From a bacterium (lineage in GTDB: Bacteria; Bacteroidota; Bacteroidia; Bacteroidales; UBA3663): a stretch of 64,000 nucleotides of DNA. Where the stretch lies: positions 1,368 through 65,367 of the forward strand of contig CAVGQN010000001.1 of NCBI GenBank assembly GCA_963631395.1, in the 5' to 3' direction. Positions 61,042 to 64,000 of the stretch are shown here, piece by piece. The translations under genes were made by a program, and so were the position numbers. The notes below the pieces were generated by a model. That model searched no databases. It was not told the DNA's origin and was given only the letters and a program-made list of their open reading frames with translations. The number at the start of each line of letters is the position of its first letter. The first letter of the stretch is position 1.

Positions 61042-64000
61042 ATGGCAAGGATAATTAAACTCTCCTTTTTCTCAAAAAGCCGTCGTATGGCGGCTTTTTT
61101 CTTGTTTGCTATAGGCATAGTAGCCCTATCACAGGCCCAGCCTCGTGGTCGGGATTTTACCATTACGGCCTCGGGTACCATTGTCGATTCCAAGACGTCG
61201 GACCCGCTCTTTGCCGCAGCTGTCAAGGTGACGAGTGCGGATGGCGGAACGGGCACCTTCGGTATCTCCGATACGTTGGGCGTCTTTTCGTTCGATGTGC
61301 AGCGTCCGGGCAAGTATTCGCTCGAAATCAGTTTCCTGGGCTATAAGACGCTCAACAAGGACGTGCAGATCTGGCCGGGCCGCGGAGCTAATCTGGGTAC
61401 GTTCAAACTTGAGGAAGATGCTACGTATCTGAAGGAAGTCGAGACAGTGGCCCGCAATCAGCGCGTCAAACAAGTGGGAGATACGATTGTCTACAATGCC
61501 GATGCCTATAAGGTCCACGACGGCGCTACTGCTGAGGAACTGGTGTCCAAGATGCCCGGTATCGAGGTGACTGACGAGGGCGTGAAGGCCCAGGGCGAAA
61601 CGGTCCAGAAGGTGCTGGTAGATGGCAAGTCATTCTTTGAGAACGACCCCAAACTGGCCCTCAAGACCCTTCCGGCCGAGGTCGTACAGTCTGTAGCCGT
61701 ATTCGACAAGAAATCCGACCAATCAGAGTTTACGGGATTCGACGACGGCAACACGGTCAAGGCCATGGACCTCGCTACCAAATCCTATCGCCGCAACGGC
61801 GTGTTCGGCAAGGTGTATGGCGGCATCGGTTCGAACTTCGATCTTGACGATATCTACTATAAGGCCGGTTTTAATCTGAATTTCTTCAACGGAAACCGGC
61901 GGATTTCCCTGTTGGGCATGTCCAATAACGTCAACCAGCAGAACTTCACCTTCGATGACCTGCAGTCGTCCGGCGGCATGGGCGGCGGCCCCGGCGGATT
62001 TCGTGGTAACCGTATCGGCTATCGTGCCGGCGTGAGCCGTGCCAATGCGTTCGGATTGAACTTCAACAACACTTACCTGGACGAAAAGCTGGATGTGCAG
62101 GGCTCATATTTCTTCAACCATCTACGCACGGTCTATGACAACGAGACCGAGCAGGACTATATCAACACTGACCGGTCATCCATTTCCGAGTCGAGCCAGT
62201 TGAGCCACAACTACTCGCATTCCGTCGATATGCGTATCCGCTACAAACCGAGCGACAACAACGAGTTCGTGTTCCGGCCTTCGTTCAACTTGCAGAAATC
62301 TGACCAAAACGGCGCCAGTCTGACCAGTACGTGGCGGAGTCCTCTGGATACGATTATGGGTTGGAATGACCTACAGCGGCAGGATACGACCCAGATGCAG
62401 AACTATGCCCGCAATTCAAGCCGTTCGGACAATACCTCATGGAATGTCGGCGGTACCCTGGTATGGCGTCATCGGTTTGACAAAGAAGGCCGAACCCTCA
62501 GTGCCGAGATGAACGGCACATTGTCCGGCTCCGACAACGAGTCCAACTACGTGAAGCTGGGTAAGTCGGTGGCAGTCGGCGAGAACTTCCAGAACTCCAC
62601 TTCCGACCGCAACAACTGGCGTACGGGCGGTAACCTGCAGTACACGGAGGCCCTGGGCGAATCCTCACAACTCTCTGTGCGCTATAACGTCAACTACACA
62701 CGTTCGGACAACGATACCAAGCGCGGTTATGACCAGGACGGGTATTCGGTCGAGAATTCCATCCTGAACCGCTACGACTACCATACGGACATTGACTCCA
62801 TCGATGCGGCCAACTCGTCCAACTACATCTCCAAGAACCTGCGGCAAGGCGGAGAGATAAGCTACCGTCTGCACAACGACTATGTCAACTTTATGGTCGG
62901 TGTCAACTTCGAGTCATCCAACCTGGACGGTGAGCAGAAATACATCTATTGGACCACAGCCAACGGTATGGACGAATCCAAGCGTCCGGATTTCAAGACC
63001 TCCAAGCACTACTTCTCTGCCTTGCCCAATATGCGCTTTGAGTGGAACCCGGTACAGGGTACTTCCGTCAATGTCGACTACCGTGCCCGTTCGTCTGCCC
63101 CGAGCATATCCAACTTGCAGCAGACCGTCAATACCTCCAACGAGCTGAGCTACTCAACCGGTAACAAAGATCTCGACCAAAGTATCACGCACGATATCCA
63201 CGTCCGCTTCATCCGTTCCAATATGGAGAAAGCCACCAACCTCATGTTCTTTGGCGGCATCGGATTCTGCAAGGACGACATCGGCACGCAGTACATCACC
63301 AACAACTCAAACGCAGACATTCCGCTGTCCGAGTTGGGTTGGGTCAAGAACTTGTCGGATAAGGACAGAGAGCAATACGAGAACCTCGTCCTGCATAGCG
63401 GCGCCCGCATCAGCCGTCCTGTCAACATCAAGGGCTACCGCAATGCCAACGCCAGTGTGACTTATGGTTTCCCGTGGGATTTGATTTCCTCCAACGTCAA
63501 CTTGTCGATGAATGCCAACTACTCGGTCTCTCCTTCGCAACAGGTCTACTACAACGATGCAGCTGACTTGACCGATGTGCTGGACTTGACGACCAAGGTG
63601 CGCAACTTCTCTATGTCGCCCCGTATGCACATCACCTCCAACATCTCGCAGGACCTGGATTTCTCCATCTCCTATAGTCCGACGTTCCAGAAGGTGAAGG
63701 ATGCGGCCAATGCCTCCAACAACTACAACTATCTGACGCACAACGCCGATGCGCGGTTACAGTGGACGTTTTGGAAGAACTTTACGACCGAGCAGCAGTT
63801 GTCGTACAATTACTATGGCGGTTCGTCGATGACAAAAGCCGAATCCGAATGGGTCTGGAACCTGTCCTTCGGCCGCAAGTTCATGAAGCAGAACCGCGCC
63901 GAACTAATGCTGCAGGTTTATGACGTGCTCAATACTCGCAGCGGATATTCCCGCGGCGTCAGCGACAGCTATGTATCGCAGAGTTATACCAACTTTATGC
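61042..64000 (+). CDS. TonB-dependent-receptor-like outer-membrane beta-barrel protein (CarboxypepD_reg + plug + barrel); C-terminus lies beyond the window end
   Basis: Absent from the ORF track because there is no stop in the window. Hand translation of frame 1 from the ATG at 61042 gives MARIIKLSFFSKSRRMAAFFLFAIGIVALSQAQPRGRDFTITASGTIVDSKTSDPLFAAAVKV...YSLEISFLGYKT...GDTIVYNADAYKV...VQKVLVDGKSFF... The frame was still open where I checked it at 62641-62700 and 63901-64000. Confidence 0.8.
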   Translation, partial: MARIIKLSFFSKSRRMAAFFLFAIGIVALSQAQPRGRDFTITASGTIVDSKTSDPLFAAAVKVTSADGGTGTFGISDTLGVFSFDVQRPGKYSLEISFLGYKTLNKDVQIWPGRGANLGTFKLEEDATYLKEVETVARNQRVKQVGDTIVYNADAYKVHDGATAEELVSKMPGIEVTDEGVKAQGETVQKVLVDGKSFFENDPKLALKTLPAEVVQSVAVFDKKSDQSEFTGFDDGNTVKAMDLATKSYRRNGVFGKVYGGIGSNFDLDDIYYKAGFNLNFFNGNRRISLLGMSNNVNQQNFTFDDLQSSGGMGGGPGGFRGNRIGYRAGVSRANAFGLNFNNTYLDEKLDVQGSYFFNHLRTVYDNETEQDYINTDRSSISESSQLSHNYSHSVDMRIRYKPSDNNEFVFRPSFNLQKSDQNGASLTSTWRSPLDTIMGWNDLQRQDTTQMQNYARNSSRSDNTSWNVGGTLVWRHRFDKEGRTLSAEMNGTLSGSDNESNYVKLGKSVAVGENFQNSTSDRNNWRTGGNLQYTEALGESSQLSVRYNVNYTRSDNDTKRGYDQDGYSVENSILNRYDYHTDIDSIDAANSSNYISKNLRQGGEISYRLHNDYVNFMVGVNFESSNLDGEQKYIYWTTANGMDESKRPDFKTSKHYFSALPNMRFEWNPVQGTSVNVDYRARSSAPSISNLQQTVNTSNELSYSTGNKDLDQSITHDIHVRFIRSNMEKATNLMFFGGIGFCKDDIGTQYITNNSNADIPLSELGWVKNLSDKDREQYENLVLHSGARISRPVNIKGYRNANASVTYGFPWDLISSNVNLSMNANYSVSPSQQVYYNDAADLTDVLDLTTKVRNFSMSPRMHITSNISQDLDFSISYSPTFQKVKDAANASNNYNYLTHNADARLQWTFWKNFTTEQQLSYNYYGGSSMTKAESEWVWNLSFGRKFMKQNRAELMLQVYDVLNTRSGYSRGVSDSYVSQSYTNFM

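Noticed and set aside
1-64000. tRNA, rRNA, tmRNA, RNase P or riboswitch genes, and transposase, integrase or phage genes.
   Set aside because: I found no cloverleaf-compatible segments with a GTTCGAATC-type T-loop, no rRNA-like conserved blocks, and no ORF with integrase or transposase motifs. This absence is judged by eye only and should be confirmed with tRNAscan-SE, Infernal and ISfinder.

Overview
This 64-kb chromosomal segment reads as Bacteroidota, probably Prevotella-like. That assignment is an inference from four things: SusC/SusD pairs, three proteins ending in T9SS C-terminal sorting domains, TAnnTTTG -7 promoter boxes ahead of most transcription units, and GC-rich coding sequence against AT-rich spacers. 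I support 39 protein-coding genes. Two are cut by the window edges and so are missing from the ORF track. I saw no rRNA, tRNA, CRISPR array or transposase/integrase gene. From left to right the window contains: a partial GH2; a divergent T9SS-secreted GH98-like enzyme with a CBM6/35-like module; RNase R; a 16-kb seven-gene locus with two SusC/SusD pairs interleaved with three fasciclin (FAS1)-domain lipoproteins and no CAZyme or regulator; a T9SS beta-helix protein; an MTA/SAH-nucleosidase-like gene, a TlpA-like gene, a TPR protein, an acyltransferase-3, TrxB, a porin O/P-like gene plus a DASS permease, an ECF sigma factor with a membrane partner, and a phosphohexomutase; an eight-gene minus-strand operon (39.7-50.7 kb); rfbB and rfbA; a small OM barrel; an ABC-F ATPase; a GHL10 / BadF-type kinase / DMT / GH43-like / SGNH cluster; and a partial TonB-dependent-type barrel. 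The best candidate for an undescribed system is the eight-gene operon. It encodes a T9SS-secreted GLUG-repeat protein, a TonB-dependent receptor, a DUF4876-like lipoprotein, a second OM beta-barrel, a Cys/His-rich lipoprotein, an ABC-2-type ATPase and permease, and a DUF4857-like anchored protein. The second candidate is the CAZyme-less FAS1/SusCD locus. A third, non-genic signal is that nearly every spacer is built from short (7-24 bp) degenerate tandem direct repeats, some with palindromic cores at 22-bp spacing, and that the 9-mer TGCGAATGT recurs only in spacers. All family names come from motif recognition by eye. No database search was run.
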